62,932 bases of DNA, taken from contig JARDVH010000163.1 in NCBI GenBank assembly GCA_030324005.1, positions 46,504,754 through 46,567,685 on the forward strand, given 5' to 3'. The notes under the pieces are model-generated. The model made no database searches, had not been told where the DNA came from, and saw nothing but the letters and a program-made list of their open reading frames with translations. Positions 25,280-37,357 of this stretch are shown piece by piece. The translations under genes and the position numbers were made by a program. This stretch comes from Negaprion brevirostris (lineage: Eukaryota). The number at the start of each line of letters is the position of its first letter. Within the stretch, counting starts at the first letter, position 1.

Positions 25280-25434
25280 CCTCACTACATTAGCTTTCTC
25301 TACACTCTAGCTATGAATGTAACACTACATTCTGCACTCTCTCATTTCCTTCTCTATGAGCAGTATGCTTTGTCTATAATAGTGTGTAAAAAATAATAAT
25401 TTTTCCTACTTACTAATACATGTGACAATAATAA
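25280..25434 (+). mobile_element. LINE 3' UTR tail (Rex/Babar-like)
   Basis: ...CTAATACATGTGACAATAATAA; a second copy is at 53112-53223. Confidence 0.55.
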
Positions 25435-26232
25435 ANNNNNNNNNNAAAATTATGGACACAGAGCTCAAAACAGGTCACTTACTCACACTGAGGGTAAGAA
25501 AAATGCCAAGAGACCAGGAGAGTAAGAAGGACGAAAGATGTTACTTTCAAATAAATGATAATCCACAAAGGTATGAAAAGGAGCTGAAATTTTGCTTTGC
25601 CAATAAAATGGAATTGCTGTGTGCCCTTGTACTTACAAAATACAATTCCAATATTTTTCAAATGACTTACAAACCCAATGAATCTAAAATGTTTGAATTA
25701 ACTGAGGAGTTTGCTATTATGATGAGTCAGACAGATAATCTCAGTACATACTCACAAAAATACATAAATTAAAAGCTTCTCATTGTTAAATGAAACATAT
25801 ATGTTTTTCTACAGTAAACAGAAATAAACCTTTAAATTATCATTAAAAACATTGAAGTTTTTTTCTCAATCAGTATTAATGTCAACTGCCTACTCAACAT
25901 GACAGAAAATACATGATTTAAAGTTTGTAGCAAATCAATGATAACCAGGGACAGTTTACAAGGTAGAAATGTAATCTTGGGGGCTCATATGACATCTTAA
26001 CTATGAGAATAAAGCTCAAGTGACTTTGAACATGGCTTGGACCCCAAGATAAGATCACAATTTGAAATTACTCTAGGATATTTCCTCTTGTTTTCCATAA
26101 TAGATGTGGTTTAATTCAGTTTTGATTTCATTCGGTTGAGAAATGCTATTAATAAAGGGTCAATAAAGACAATGTGTTCTATGTTATTGATGCATGGTAA
26201 GGTTCACAATGAAAAATGCGTGATAAATACCC

Positions 26233-27110
26233 AGGGCTCCATTTTACCAAAAATGGCAAAATGTTATTTCCAGCGAAAAAACCGACATGTTTCTTCCCAG
26301 AGAAACACATTGGTTTTCTCTTTAGAACTTAACACACTCTGCCAAAACAAACANNNNNNNNNNNNNNNNNNNNNNNNNNNNNNNNNNNNNNNNNNNNNNN
26401 NNNNNNNNNNNNNNNNNNNNNNNNNNNNNNNNNNNNNNNNNNNNNNNNNNNNNNNNNNNNNNNNNNNNNNNNNNNNNNNNNNNNNNNNNNNNNNNNNNNN
26501 NNNNNNNNNNNNNNNNNNNNNNNNNNNNNNNNNNNNNNNNNNNNNNNNNNNNNNNNNNNNNNNNNNNNNNNNNNNNNNNNNNNNNNNNNNNNNNNNNNNN
26601 NNNNNNNNNNNNNNNNNNCCACCCCCACTGCCCTAATCACCACCTGTCCCCCAAATGGCCATCACTGGCATCTCCACCTCTTCCATCTCCTCTTGGCCAC
26701 CAGCACATTGAAATGAACCCCCCTCCCTGCAACGTTTCGTCCCTCCGCCCTCCCCCACTTCCCCTGTGAGGCTCCCACCTGGCACATGTAGGCAGTGCCA
26801 GGTTGGCATAGTGCCAACCTGTGCCAAAGGACAATACCAGAGAGCATTACTAAGCCACTGCCTGGCCATGTCCGTTTCCTCAGGGGACTATACTTACCTT
26901 TGCACCCCTAGCAAAACCACCATGACAGGTTCACATCTCTGTGAACTTGTCGTAACTGCACTAGCGTAATCCACTATGGGCTTGAAACCAATGACATCGC
27001 CTGTGAGGGAGGGGAAGATCCAAACTCACGTTCTCACCAGCGAGAACAGCGACTTCCAGATCTTCAGCCCCTGCGAGTATTCACAAGGATGCAAACACAG
27101 GCTCAAGAGT
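26233..27110. mobile_element. GC-rich non-autonomous Harbinger-type element spanning a gap
   Basis: Starts GGGCTCCATTTTACCAAAAA (TIR-like, cf. 61878); GC-rich body with GGCA/TGCC iterations. Confidence 0.5.
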
Positions 27111-27137
27111 GCCCCATGGTTACTGTAAGTTTATAAG

Positions 27138-27412
27138 AAGAACTTGCACCTTATAGCATATTTTACAACTGCAGGACATTACAAAGCATGTCCTAACTAG
27201 TGAAGTGCATCTGACATGCAGTCCCTGCTGTAACGCGAAGCAGCTAACTTGTGCACTGCAAGATCCCACAAACAGCAGATAATGACCTGATAATATGTCA
27301 TAGTGAGGTTGCTCGAGGGATAAGTATTGATCAGTACGCTGAAGAGAATCCCCTGCTCTTTGAAGTAGTAGTTAAATCTTTCACACCCACCTGAGAGGAC
27401 AGGCAGTGCCCC
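27138..27412 (-). mobile_element. DeuSINE (SacSINE1/AmnSINE-related Deu domain) with L2-like tail, lacking its head
   Basis: Reverse complement AAGAGCAGGGGATTCTC...ACTTATCCCTCGAGCAAC...CTGTTTGTGGGATCTTGCAGTGCACAAGTTAGCTGC...GCTATAAGGTGCAAGTTCTT matches the recalled Deu-domain consensus. Confidence 0.8.
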
Positions 27413-28392
27413 ACGTATTGAAATAGTTTGAAGTTGGTGTCATATCAGCTACCTGCTGAATTTCTTAATTATAAATAATGAATCCAGTTTATACATACTT
27501 GTGATAAGTAAAGAAAAATCACACCTCATTTAGACTTTTTAGAAGTGAGTTTTGGCAATTCTGGTCAACTGCACATTGGCATAATTTCTATTAACTAATA
27601 ATGCTCTCGGGTTCTTTCTGCAATTATAGTCTTATCTGTATACAAATATATCCCTAACTTTCATTACAGAAACAATTTTCTGTTGAAACGGAATCCATCT
27701 GCATTGCCAAAACTCAATGTCAATGCTCAGCCACTGACAATTAAAATTACTGAATTATTACTTCAGTTGGCAACTTGCGTTACACATTCTCTTCCACTGA
27801 AGTATTTTTAGGTTTATTGCATCATTTGTGGCCTAAAATTTGACACTCTGCAGGAGTTCTTCCTCCTCTTCAAATGAATGTTCCAGCCAAAATATTCCCA
27901 GGGAAAAGACGTCAGAATAATGCTCTAATTTGAACTGCTATCAGAAAAGAACCATCTCAATTTCCATTATTCCCACATATCACATTTACAGGTTTCAAAA
28001 TTCTGGTTTGAAGAGCTTAAATGTGTATTTGATCACCTGAATAACTTAGCTACAAATCCAATCCACTCGTAGTTATTGCCAACCCTTTCATTAAACAGCA
28101 TTATTTTGCTTTCAGTTGAAAGATTTAGTTTGCTGCGTACTTGAATCCAGCATCCATCATCAAGACAATTAAACTTCAGTCAGAAAGAGAGAAACTAAAA
28201 AGATAAAAGCAATTACAAAATTTAAAAAGTGAAAAAAATAAAAGAATGGAAAGCAGGAAAGGAAGTCATCAAAACAAATACAGAACATTAAATTTGAAGG
28301 CACTAAGAACTAAGCAGAAAGTTGTAAAATGCTATACCGTGAGAAAACATTTTTTAAAAAATTCACAGCATAGGCACATATAAGCTTGTTGT

Positions 28393-28822
28393 AAGAGGGA
28401 CGGTTGAGGACTCTGGATCTGTACTCGGAGTTTAGAAGGATGAGGAGGGATCTTATTGGAACTTACAGGATATTGCGAGGCTTGGATAGAGTGGACGTGG
28501 AGAGGATGTTTCCACTAGTAGGAAAAACTAGAAATGGAGGGCACAACTTCAGGCTAGAGGGATGATGTTTTAAAACAGAGATGAGGAGGAATTTCTTCAG
28601 CCAGAGAGTGGTGAATCTGCGGAATTCTTTGACACAGTAGGCTGTGGAGGCCAGGTCATTGAGTGTCTTTAAGCCAGAGATAGATAGGTTCTTGAATAAT
28701 AAAGGGGGTCAGCGGTTATAGCGAAAAGGCAGGAGAACGGGACGAGAAAAATATCAGCCATGATTGAATGGCGGAGCAGACTCAATGGGCCGAGTGGCCT
28801 AATTCTGCTCCTATGTCTTATA
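28393..28822 (+). mobile_element. CR1 3' end (~430 bp)
   Basis: RGLDRVDVERMFPLVGKTR..GHN...FKTEMRRNFFSQRVVNL; closely similar to 31741-32167. Confidence 0.92.
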
Positions 28823-28829
28823 ATCATAT

Positions 28830-29700
28830 GGAATGGATAGGGTAGATAAAGAGAAACTAGCTTCTCTGGTGCAGAAGTCCAGATCAAGGAAGCGTAATGT
28901 CAGGAAGTACTTCTTCACATAAAGAGTAGTGAAATCTTCAACCCTCTCCCTCCCCAGCCCCAAAAGCTGTTGAAGCTGGAGGTCAATTGGGGGTCAATTG
29001 AAAATCTCAGAGTTGAGTTTGATAAGACTTTTGTCACACAACCATGGCATTATACTCATGGTCTAACTGAATAACAAAATAGGCTCGAGAGGCTGAATAA
29101 ATGTCCTTCTGTTCTTATTTAAAATAGGATTGGTTAAGAGGAAATTTAATAAAGATGTTCAAAATGCTTAAAGTTCATTTATTAGTCACAAACAGACTCA
29201 AATTAACACTGCAATGAAGTTACTGTGAAAATCCCCGAGTCACCACAGTCCGCGGCGCCTGTTCGACTACACTGAGGGAGAACTTAGTATGGCCAATGCA
29301 CCTAACCAGCATGTCTTTCGAACTGTGGGAGGACACCAGAGCACCCAGAGGAAACCCACGCAGACATGGGGAGAAGGTGCAGACTCTGCACAGATAGTGA
29401 CTCAAGCTGGGAATCGAACTTGGGTCCCTGGCACTGTGGAGGCAGCAGTGCTAACCACAGTGCCACCATGCTGCCAATGATAAAGGGATTAGATGTAGCA
29501 GAAAAGGAGAAACAGGTTCCTCGATATGATCTGGATCACACATGCTGAAGGGGTGCTGGAAACAAATTCAGTGGTAGCCTTCAAAAGGGAATTGAGTAAA
29601 TCCTTCATAAACTGCAGGACTATAACGGATAGCTTCTGCAGAGACTGACACAAGTGCGATGGGCCAAATGACCACTTGCTGCACAACATGATCCTCTTAA
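28830..29700 (+). mobile_element. Older, deleted CR1 3' fragments (28830-29118; 29125-29168 plus 29476-29700, split by a V-SINE)
   Basis: DRVDKEKL...RKYFFT*RVV; LRGNLIKMFKM|IKGLDVAEKEK continues across the SINE. Confidence 0.65.
29170..29475 (-). mobile_element. V-SINE with alternative 3' tail
   Basis: Same head and V core as HE1, but tail GGGGATTTTCACAGTAACTTCATTGCAGTGTTAAT...GTGACTAATAAA. Confidence 0.9.
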
Positions 29701-30347
29701 AACATCTTCCATCATTCTCCTGCAATTTCTCTTGACTCCTGCCGCTGAGATTGTCAAACTGCTCTCTCCAGCCACTGTCACGGCCATTTGGTAACTGCCC
29801 AGGGCTACTTGTTTGCCAAACCATCGCTGGCACCACTAGCGAAGCAGAAATCAAAAGCTGGTGGTGATCAGAAAGGGATGTGTCTGAATCAGCGGGGCAG
29901 GGTCTGTTGGGAGGAGCCTAATGGGGAGAAGGGCAGGAATCTGTAAAGTCAGTCCAATGTCAGAATAGGGAAGGGAGCAATGTCAGTTTGGTGTTAAGGG
30001 GTGGGGCCTGGCTGGTTTGATGGATAAAGAGTCAGGTATGTACTTACTAGAGTAGGATTCCAGTGTGCGTGTTGGGTAAGGTCGTGATGTGCTTATTGTG
30101 AGAGTTCTGATGTGTGTTCATTGGGGGAGGGTCCTAGTATATTGGGATATTGCTATTCATTTCCATGGTATCACAAGATTACACATGGAATACGCAATCA
30201 GCCTGGGTAAAAACCTACCTTTGTTGAACTAGTCGTGGTGTACAGAACAGTTAGATTAAGATCTCGGTCTCCGAACTCATCCAGATGTATTGTGCCCAGA
30301 TCTCCTGCAATCAAAACAGGGAGGGTTTTCAGTTCACCTTTAAAAAT

Positions 30348-30565
30348 TATTTCATGGGAGGCGGATCTCTGACTGGGTCAGCATCTGTTGCCCATCCATA
30401 ACTACCCTTGAACTGAATGGTTTGCTAGGCTGTTTTTGAGTGCAGTTAAGAGTCAACCACATTGCTAAGTGTCCAGGGTCACATGTGGCCAGACTGGGTG
30501 AGGATGGCAGATCTCCTTCCCTCAAGGGGCATTGGTGAACCAGATGGGCTTTTATGACAATCAAT
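30348..30565 (-). mobile_element. SINE-B body and tail
   Basis: Its tail (reverse complement TTATGGATGGGCAACAGATGCTGACCCAG...CTCCCATGAA) resembles the LINE 3' UTR at 9030-9090; a second, more decayed copy lies at ~30930-31160. Confidence 0.7.
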
Positions 30566-30574
30566 TTATGACAA

Positions 30575-30925
30575 TTTTAGAGTATAAAAGCTGCCGTCTA
30601 ATGCTTCAGTTGTATAGTTGTATAGAACGTTGGTTAGACCGCATTTGGAGTACTGCGTCCAGTTCTGGTCACCTTACTACCAGAAGGACGTGNNNNNNNN
30701 NNNNNNNNNNNNNNNNNNNNNNNNNNNNNNNNNNNNNNNNNNNNNNNNNNNNNNNNNNNNNNNNNNNNNNNNNNNNNNNNNNNNNNNNNNNNATCCACGC
30801 TAACACCCTACCCCCAACTCCATGCCCCCTTACCTTCTGTAATAACCTCTTGTGAGGCACCTTGTCAAAACGCCTTCTGAAAATCAAGAAAGACCACATC
30901 CACCGGCTCTCCTCTATCCACCACC
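30575..30925. mobile_element. Two opposed CR1 ORF2 fragments flanking a 100-N gap
   Basis: Plus: YRTLVRPHLEYCVQFWSPYYQKD. Minus: FDKVPHKRLLQKVRGHGVGGRVLAW. Confidence 0.85.
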
Positions 30926-31164
30926 CTAGACACATCAGTCTGGTTTGGATTGGCAGTCCCACATCCCTCAAGATCATCGGTGAGCCAGTTAGGTTTCAAG
31001 AACAATCTTGCAGATTACAAAATATTTTGTCAGATGCCAGCCCAGAAATGAGCAGATTTAATGACTCTAATTTCCTAATTTTCCACAGTGAGATTAGAAC
31101 CCAAAATCTCTGCATTGCTAATCCACTCTATGGCCACTCGATAACTGTACCCACTGCATATCAC

Positions 31165-31608
31165 TGAAATAAAAAACATGTCAATTCTTTTCATCTTGTA
31201 CTCATGTGGACACTTTATAAGAATACCAACACAAAGGGAATACAACAATTTATATTATATGAGAAGAGAATGCTGATTGGTTGGGAAGTGGGCTCTGATT
31301 GGCAGTGTTACCATGGAGAATGCACTAGCTGAGAGTGACAGCCATTCACTGGTTCCGGACATTGGCCAAGACAATCAGGATCAAGCTATGTGGTTAAAAT
31401 TTCAAATAATATTTGGCAGTTAACTGTCAGTCACCATCAACTGGTACATACTCCATGTCAAGACATCTACTGATTGGAGTCCATGTGCCAAAGAATCACC
31501 GCTCTTCTCATAAATGAAGAATTGTTCTTCACCTTTTATATTGGTATGTTTGCAAAATGTCCTGATGAGTGCTGGACAAAAAGATTCACCACGTTTCCTT
31601 TCTCAGCA
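31165..31608. mobile_element. Fold-back element with a decayed minimal hammerhead ribozyme motif in each arm (Penelope-like)
   Basis: Arms ~31165-31325 and ~31450-31608 are reverse complementary. Right arm: ATGTC-CTGATGA-GTGCTGGAC-AAAA-AGATTC. Left arm (reverse complement): GTGTC-CACATGA-GTACAAGAT-GAAA-AGAATT-GACAT. Confidence 0.7.
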
Positions 31609-31740
31609 ATACTCAAGTTCTACAATGAGTTATTTCTACACATATTTTTACAGTGAATAGAGACTTTATGCCTAAATGACAAATTGAAAATCTAATTGTG
31701 TTTGTCACCATTTCCACAATCAAAATTCTTCCTGGTCTTG

Positions 31741-32167
31741 GAAGAGTTTGAGGACTCTGGGTCTGTACTCATTGGAACTTAGATGGATGAAGGAGGATCT
31801 TATTGAAACTTACGGGATGCTGCGAAGCCTGGATAGACTGGCTGAGGAGAGGATGTTTTCACTAGTAGGAAAAACTAGAACCAGAGGGCACAACCTCTGA
31901 CTAAAGGGACAGTCCTTTGAAACAGAGATGAGGAGGAATTTCTTCAGCCAGAGAGTGGTGAATCTGTGGAACTCTGCCGCAGAAGGCTGTGGAGGGCCAG
32001 GTCATTGAGTTTCTTTAAGACAGAGATAGATAGGTTCTTGGTCAATAAGGGGATTATGGGGGAAAGGCAGGAGAATGGGGATGAGTAAAATATCAGCCAT
32101 GATTGAATGGCGGAGCAGACTCAATGGGCCGAGTGGCCTAATTCTGCTCCTATGTCTTATGATCTTA
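31741..32167 (+). mobile_element. CR1 3' end (~430 bp)
   Basis: GKTRTRGHNL*LKGQSFETEMRRNFFSQRVVNLWNS plus a 3' UTR nearly identical to 28740-28822. Confidence 0.92.
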
Positions 32168-32380
32168 AAAGGTAGTTATCCTCAAAAGGACATCATATTT
32201 TAAAGTAATTGCAATTTTGAGATACATGGTGATCAGTGAACTTGATGAAATTACTAAACTTGCCTTTTTATATCATCAGAGGGATTCACATGAGATATTA
32301 TAAGACAGCCTTTTGTTTCAGGAAGTAGTAAGACCATTGAAAAATTGCACAGTGAACCACATTTCACCTTCAGAAACAAG

Positions 32381-33612
32381 GTGCAGAATTTTCCCTGGCT
32401 GTTGCAGTTGAATTTGAGGATAAGCAGGGCAGTAAAGCCTGAAAACTGATCCCTGGTGGAGATCCTGACATGGTCCTACCCTCTGTTGGGTTTCCCCAGA
32501 GTGGGATTGAAGAAAAGCGAAGAAGACTCCTTCCCGAGTCAGAGGGCATGGACACAGAGATTCAACTGGAAGGAGGCGAGACCCACAACAAATAGCCGAC
32601 AGGGGATCAGCTCTCTCAACGTGTCCAGGTTCTATTGCTTCAGAAGATTCAGGTATTCATGGTGAGCTTTTGTTGACATCTGCACCCTCCTAGAAAAAGA
32701 ACTCCTTTCCTGTGGGGCAGGTGAGCATGCATTTGCCAATGACAGATAAGGTTCCTGTCACTGGAGGGCTAACCCACTCCCATCAGCCTCACCACACTGA
32801 ACTCCCCACTTACCCCATCAGGATCGCTGCTTTTCACCAAGTTTCTACAAGGAAAGAAATAAGAGAGATGCAAATGGTCATATAACTGATGTGCAAAAGG
32901 AGGGAAGGACGTCATTTTGAAAGATAGTTGTGGGGCACATGTGCGAGGAGGCACGAGAGTAAGAGTGAATGCAAGTGTTGTCTGCTCAAGGTAAAGGAAT
33001 GAAGATAAAGGAATGAATGGAGCTGCAAGGCACATTGACCTGACGCACGATATGTAAGGGAATGCAAGGTAAGTCAGAGTGTTTGGGCTTGACATCTTAA
33101 AGTGTTGTGCCACTCACCTGAGTGGCGCTTCTGAGATCTTGAATGCTCTTGGTGCACTGTCTTCAGGCTGGAGGAGGCATATGCAGCTGATGTCATCCAC
33201 TACTTCCAAACATGCCTGTTTGGTGAGGAGGTTGTCTGCTTTCTCACATCTTTGTTAGAGCTCATCTTACTTTACCCCCTCAGCTGCTGGCAGCAGGACA
33301 TCCAGACAAAAGTGAGAGACCTGGCCAGCAGCCTTCCCGGGTCTCCTCTCCACCCTGGGGGTTGCAACAACCTGAAAAATCCAGTTCTTCTGACGCATAT
33401 TGCTTTCACTTTAATTAGAAATCCTTCCTTTGACAGAACGGATAAACCATCTCATCCACCTTCCCTCATCTTTCAGAGAACCTGGAGGAAGAATAACAAT
33501 TGGCTTGCTCTGGGAAAGAGCAACTGCCAGGTGAGCTATTTGGAGAATTGAGTTCTGAACCCGAATGTGGTCCCTGTGTTACAACATTGACTAAGGTAGT
33601 AAAATTCTACCC
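32381..33612 (-). mobile_element. Internally deleted Harbinger element (1.23 kb) retaining part of Myb exon 1
   Basis: TIRs GTGCAGAATTTT / AAAATTCTACCC (10/12 match), AAG on both flanks (3-bp TSD); minus strand LLTKQACLEVVDDIS...*RQCTKSIQDLR then CAG|GTGAGT at ~33117. Confidence 0.75.
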
Positions 33613-34711
33613 AAGATTTCATTATAGTATGGAACTTGTTTATGTGCTTTGATAAGATGAATGCAATAACAAATACAGGAATGAGATTAATCACAAAATA
33701 GTCGAATCATGACAGTGGCTGATGCTAGTCACATTGGTCCCCTTTATCCTTCAACACTTGCATGCAAACATTTCTTTGTGACAGTAATCATGATATNNNN
33801 NNNNNNNNNNNNNNNNNNNTTATGTAATGTCACTACTTCTCTATGTTGTATCCAGTCTGGCCAGTAAAGCACATTATCTCTATTAGCCTGTCAATAGCAA
33901 ATCAGTTGAATTGCTTGTTCTTTAATTGATGGAACAGATTGCTCCACCTACTGATGGATTACATCAGACTAACAGCTGCGATGCCTTGTCCCACTGGATT
34001 TGCCCACAGATTGCACCAAAGCCATTTTGGGTTTTACTTGCTTCAATCCATCCTGAGGTATAAAGGTGTGCTCATCTCCACTCTTTACCTAAAATTACCC
34101 AACCTCCATTAAGAAATTAATTGTTGGGACTGCTAATTATTTGACAAATGATTTTTTTGTACATGCAAAATCAAAGTCAGCAAACCACTGTGCAAATGCC
34201 ATGAGAAAATGTATCAGAGACTTGATCATATTTCATTTAATAATGACTTTTTGCTTAGTTTCAGAAAACATTTTCAATCAAATTAAAACAGAGAAACAAT
34301 TTGACTTTTATGAGGCAAACTTTTATATATTGGTACATAATGCATATAAACACAGAATATAAACACTAAATAAAATGCTAATCCACTTTATGTCTGTCCA
34401 GTTACATGACAAATATACTTTAGAAAGTAGGAATAATTAAATTTTGCTGTTTCACTGCATCAAATCTAGATCAAAACAGATCAAATGGAATTTCTAATTC
34501 TCCACCAATGGTACAGGCCACGTCTGATAGCAATCATGCAGTCTTAATTATCATCTTTTCAACTTGCTAAATCCCTAACCAATAAAAACAGACAAAGAAA
34601 TATGCAGAAGCAACATTCCTCTCTCACTTTTCAACAAATTAAAAAAGTTATTGTAGAGTCCTAAAACTTATGATCAGTTACAAAATGTATTTTCCATCAG
34701 ATGTAATGGGT

Positions 34712-35265
34712 TCATAAGAACATAAGAAATAGGAGCAGGAGTAGGCCATCTAGCCCTTTGGGCCTGCCCCGCCATTCAATAAGATCATGNNNNNNNNNNN
34801 NNNNNNNNNNNNNNNNNNNNNNNNNNNNNNNNNNNNNNNNNNNNNNNNNNNNNNNNNNNNNNNNNNNNNNNNNNNNNNNNNNNNNNNNNCATGATCTTGT
34901 TGAATGGCGGGGCAGGCTCGAGGGGCTAGATGGCCTACTCCTGCTCCTATTTCTTATGTTCTTATTTCTTTCAGAACGCTGGGATGCATTCCATCCAGCC
35001 CTGGGGACTTGTCCACCTTCAGTTCCCATTAGTCTATCAAGCACTACCTCTCTAGTGATAGTAATCGCATTTAGGCCCTCATCTTCTACCCCCTTCTATC
35101 TTTAATATCCGGCAAACTATTTGTGTCCTCCTCTGTGAAGACCGAGGCAAAAAACCTATTTAAAGCCTCAGCCATTTCGTCATCGCCCACCGCTAAGTCC
35201 CCCCTTTCATCCTCCAAGGGTCCAACATTCACTATAGCTAGCCTCTTCTTCTTTATATATTTGTA
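34712..35265. mobile_element. Minus-strand CR1 (3' end at 34712, RT-proximal body 34970-35265) and plus-strand CR1 3' end (34890-34965) across a 100-N gap
   Basis: Inverted 3' UTR copies either side of the gap; body reads LDRLMG...VDKSPGLDGMHP.VLK. Confidence 0.85.
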
Positions 35266-36017
35266 AAAGTTTGTTTGTTATATTTGTTAAATATGTGAAC
35301 TACACTTGCAAACCTATGATATAGAGATTTGGAGTAATTTTAAATCACACAAATAGGTAGGTTGGGTGCAAGTGAAACTTAAAATTTAAAAAGAATTCAG
35401 GCAAGACTCCAATTTTCTTACTTCTGGTTTTAACAGAGCAAAATCAGAGACCATACTTGGGTCAGTCAGTGAATTCTTATAAGGAGGCTGTGTATCTGCT
35501 CTTTTACACACATTAGCTTCAGGAAACCTGACAGGTATAAAAGGAGGAAAGAAGGTTGTTGATTTACATCATTGCACGTGGGCTCGGAGCAGCATATCCT
35601 TCAGGCCAAAATGCTTACTTGCTTTCCCACCCACAACTGACTGACCTTATCCCACACTGACCTCTGACCACTCATCCAATTGCCAACTCCTTACGAGCTC
35701 CACCCACTTCCACAATCTCCCCCATAATCTCTCCCCTCACCCTGATCTCAATGTCTCCCCCACAACAATGAGCACCCATAACTAGGATCTCATGTTCTAC
35801 CATGATCTCTCTCCCAACTACCTTCTCTCCAATTATGAACTTTCCTCCTTCCCACCTCAATCCATCCCCCTTCCAGAATCTCGCTCCCTCTCCTCAGCCC
35901 CAAACTCTCCCAAGAACAATGGACAATCTTGTCCCCAATCTCGAATTTCCATCCCTGACCATATCTCACCCATCCCACCCATTTTCTCTCCTCACTAAAA
36001 ACAATCTCTCCCTTCTC

Positions 36018-36900
36018 TGTAATGCTGTGGTCCAGGCCAGAGGTTCCAAAGCGTTTTGTGAAGATAGCCTAGACCCTAAGTCTTTCTTTTGTTTTAGGCA
36101 TGGGTGAATATAAGGTATTTCACTCCAGGTACGATTCAAGTGATCCACTAGGAAGCTTTTATCAAACAAAGTTTATTTAAGAACACAATTAGTAAATAAC
36201 AAAAAATAATTAGCATAACTTTTACCAATTACAAGGCTTAAACATGACACAGTCTAATTCCTAACAGCTAGCTATCTCTGTTGTTCCAATTTAAAGCAAT
36301 ACCTGATAAACATACACCCTTCTTCAGAATTAATCAACACTAAAATAAGGATGCTCATATGATGCTGGATTTTCAGTTTTTTTACACTCCTGGACAGAGA
36401 TTTCAACAGTAGTTTTCAAAGAAGGATACATCCTCAAAATAGCAAAGCTTCAGAAAGGTAAACCCAGTCTCTGGCAGCTTCCAGTCTTCAGACTTCAGTC
36501 AGGGAACAAGAAGAGAGCTTCCAAAACAGCAACACTTAGACAGCAGAAATTTCAATTCAAGAGGAGGAAAAGTGCTCTGTCTCTCTCAGCTCCAAGCAGC
36601 TTCTGAAAAATGAAACTAAAACTGGACTTCCCTGTGAAAACATAACTGTCCCCAGTCATATGACCTGACTTGTCAATCACCATCCAATCAAGCTCTACGC
36701 TGCCATCCCAGGGGAACACTAAACCAACAGAAAGCTGCCTTAGTTCAGATTAAAACAAACACAATGTCAATTATACTGCTTTAGTAACAATCTCAGAACT
36801 AGAGAACTTGATCAGGCTGTAAGTCACCCGATTGTATCATTTTTAAGTATTTAGTACATGAAAGATTTTTATAACTAAAGAAGGACTTTTTTTTTAAAAA
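36018..36900 (-). mobile_element. Probable solo LTR (right boundary uncertain)
   Basis: Begins TGT at a sharp compositional boundary; TTTATT (minus-strand AATAAA) ~155 bp inside; non-coding. No matching terminus or TSD found. Confidence 0.4.
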
Positions 36901-37357
36901 AAGGTGGTTGGTCAAGGATATGGGCCTATCCTAGAGAATTTTTACTGCTCAAATGTGTTTTCTAAAGAGAAACTCTATAATCATATCAAAATGCAAGTTC
37001 ATAATGGCAAACCTAAAATTGTATCTTTTAATGTATTGTAATTTCTTATGGATCATTGCAAAATATGCTTCTGATGGACACATTTATTTCAGAAGATTTA
37101 AGACAATCAGGTTACTTAATACTTGAATGTGTGAACATTTTGAAGTTGAGTTATAGATAAATGTTTGAATTGGAAAATAACTTTTCCATGTTTCAGTAAT
37201 CTTGACTTCTTGTTCATGAATTAAGATATACAGTATTGTGTAGTGAATGTGCTTCATTGTTCTGCTCTGCATATGGCAATGCTTATCCTGAAATCGTAAA
37301 ACATAGTGCTTTCAATTTACTTTAGTTTGGTTGTTTTTAGTTCTTTTAAATATTTTA

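Noticed and set aside
27833-27937. Minus-strand 34-aa frame QFKLEHYSDVFSLGIFWLEHSFEEEEELLQSVKF resembling kinase subdomain IX (SDVFSLG)
   Set aside because: Weak acceptor, stop codon shortly after the motif, no donor and no other kinase exons seen; probably chance, though a quick tblastn would settle it.
34712-34965. Near-perfect hairpin of CR1 3' ends
   Set aside because: The arms are separated by a 100-N placeholder of unknown true size; best explained as two opposite CR1 copies or an assembly break.
35620-36017. C-rich strand-asymmetric tract as a G-quadruplex or R-loop element
   Set aside because: G-runs on the minus strand are irregular; similar tracts occur inside decayed DNA-transposon relics here, and there is no specific evidence of function.
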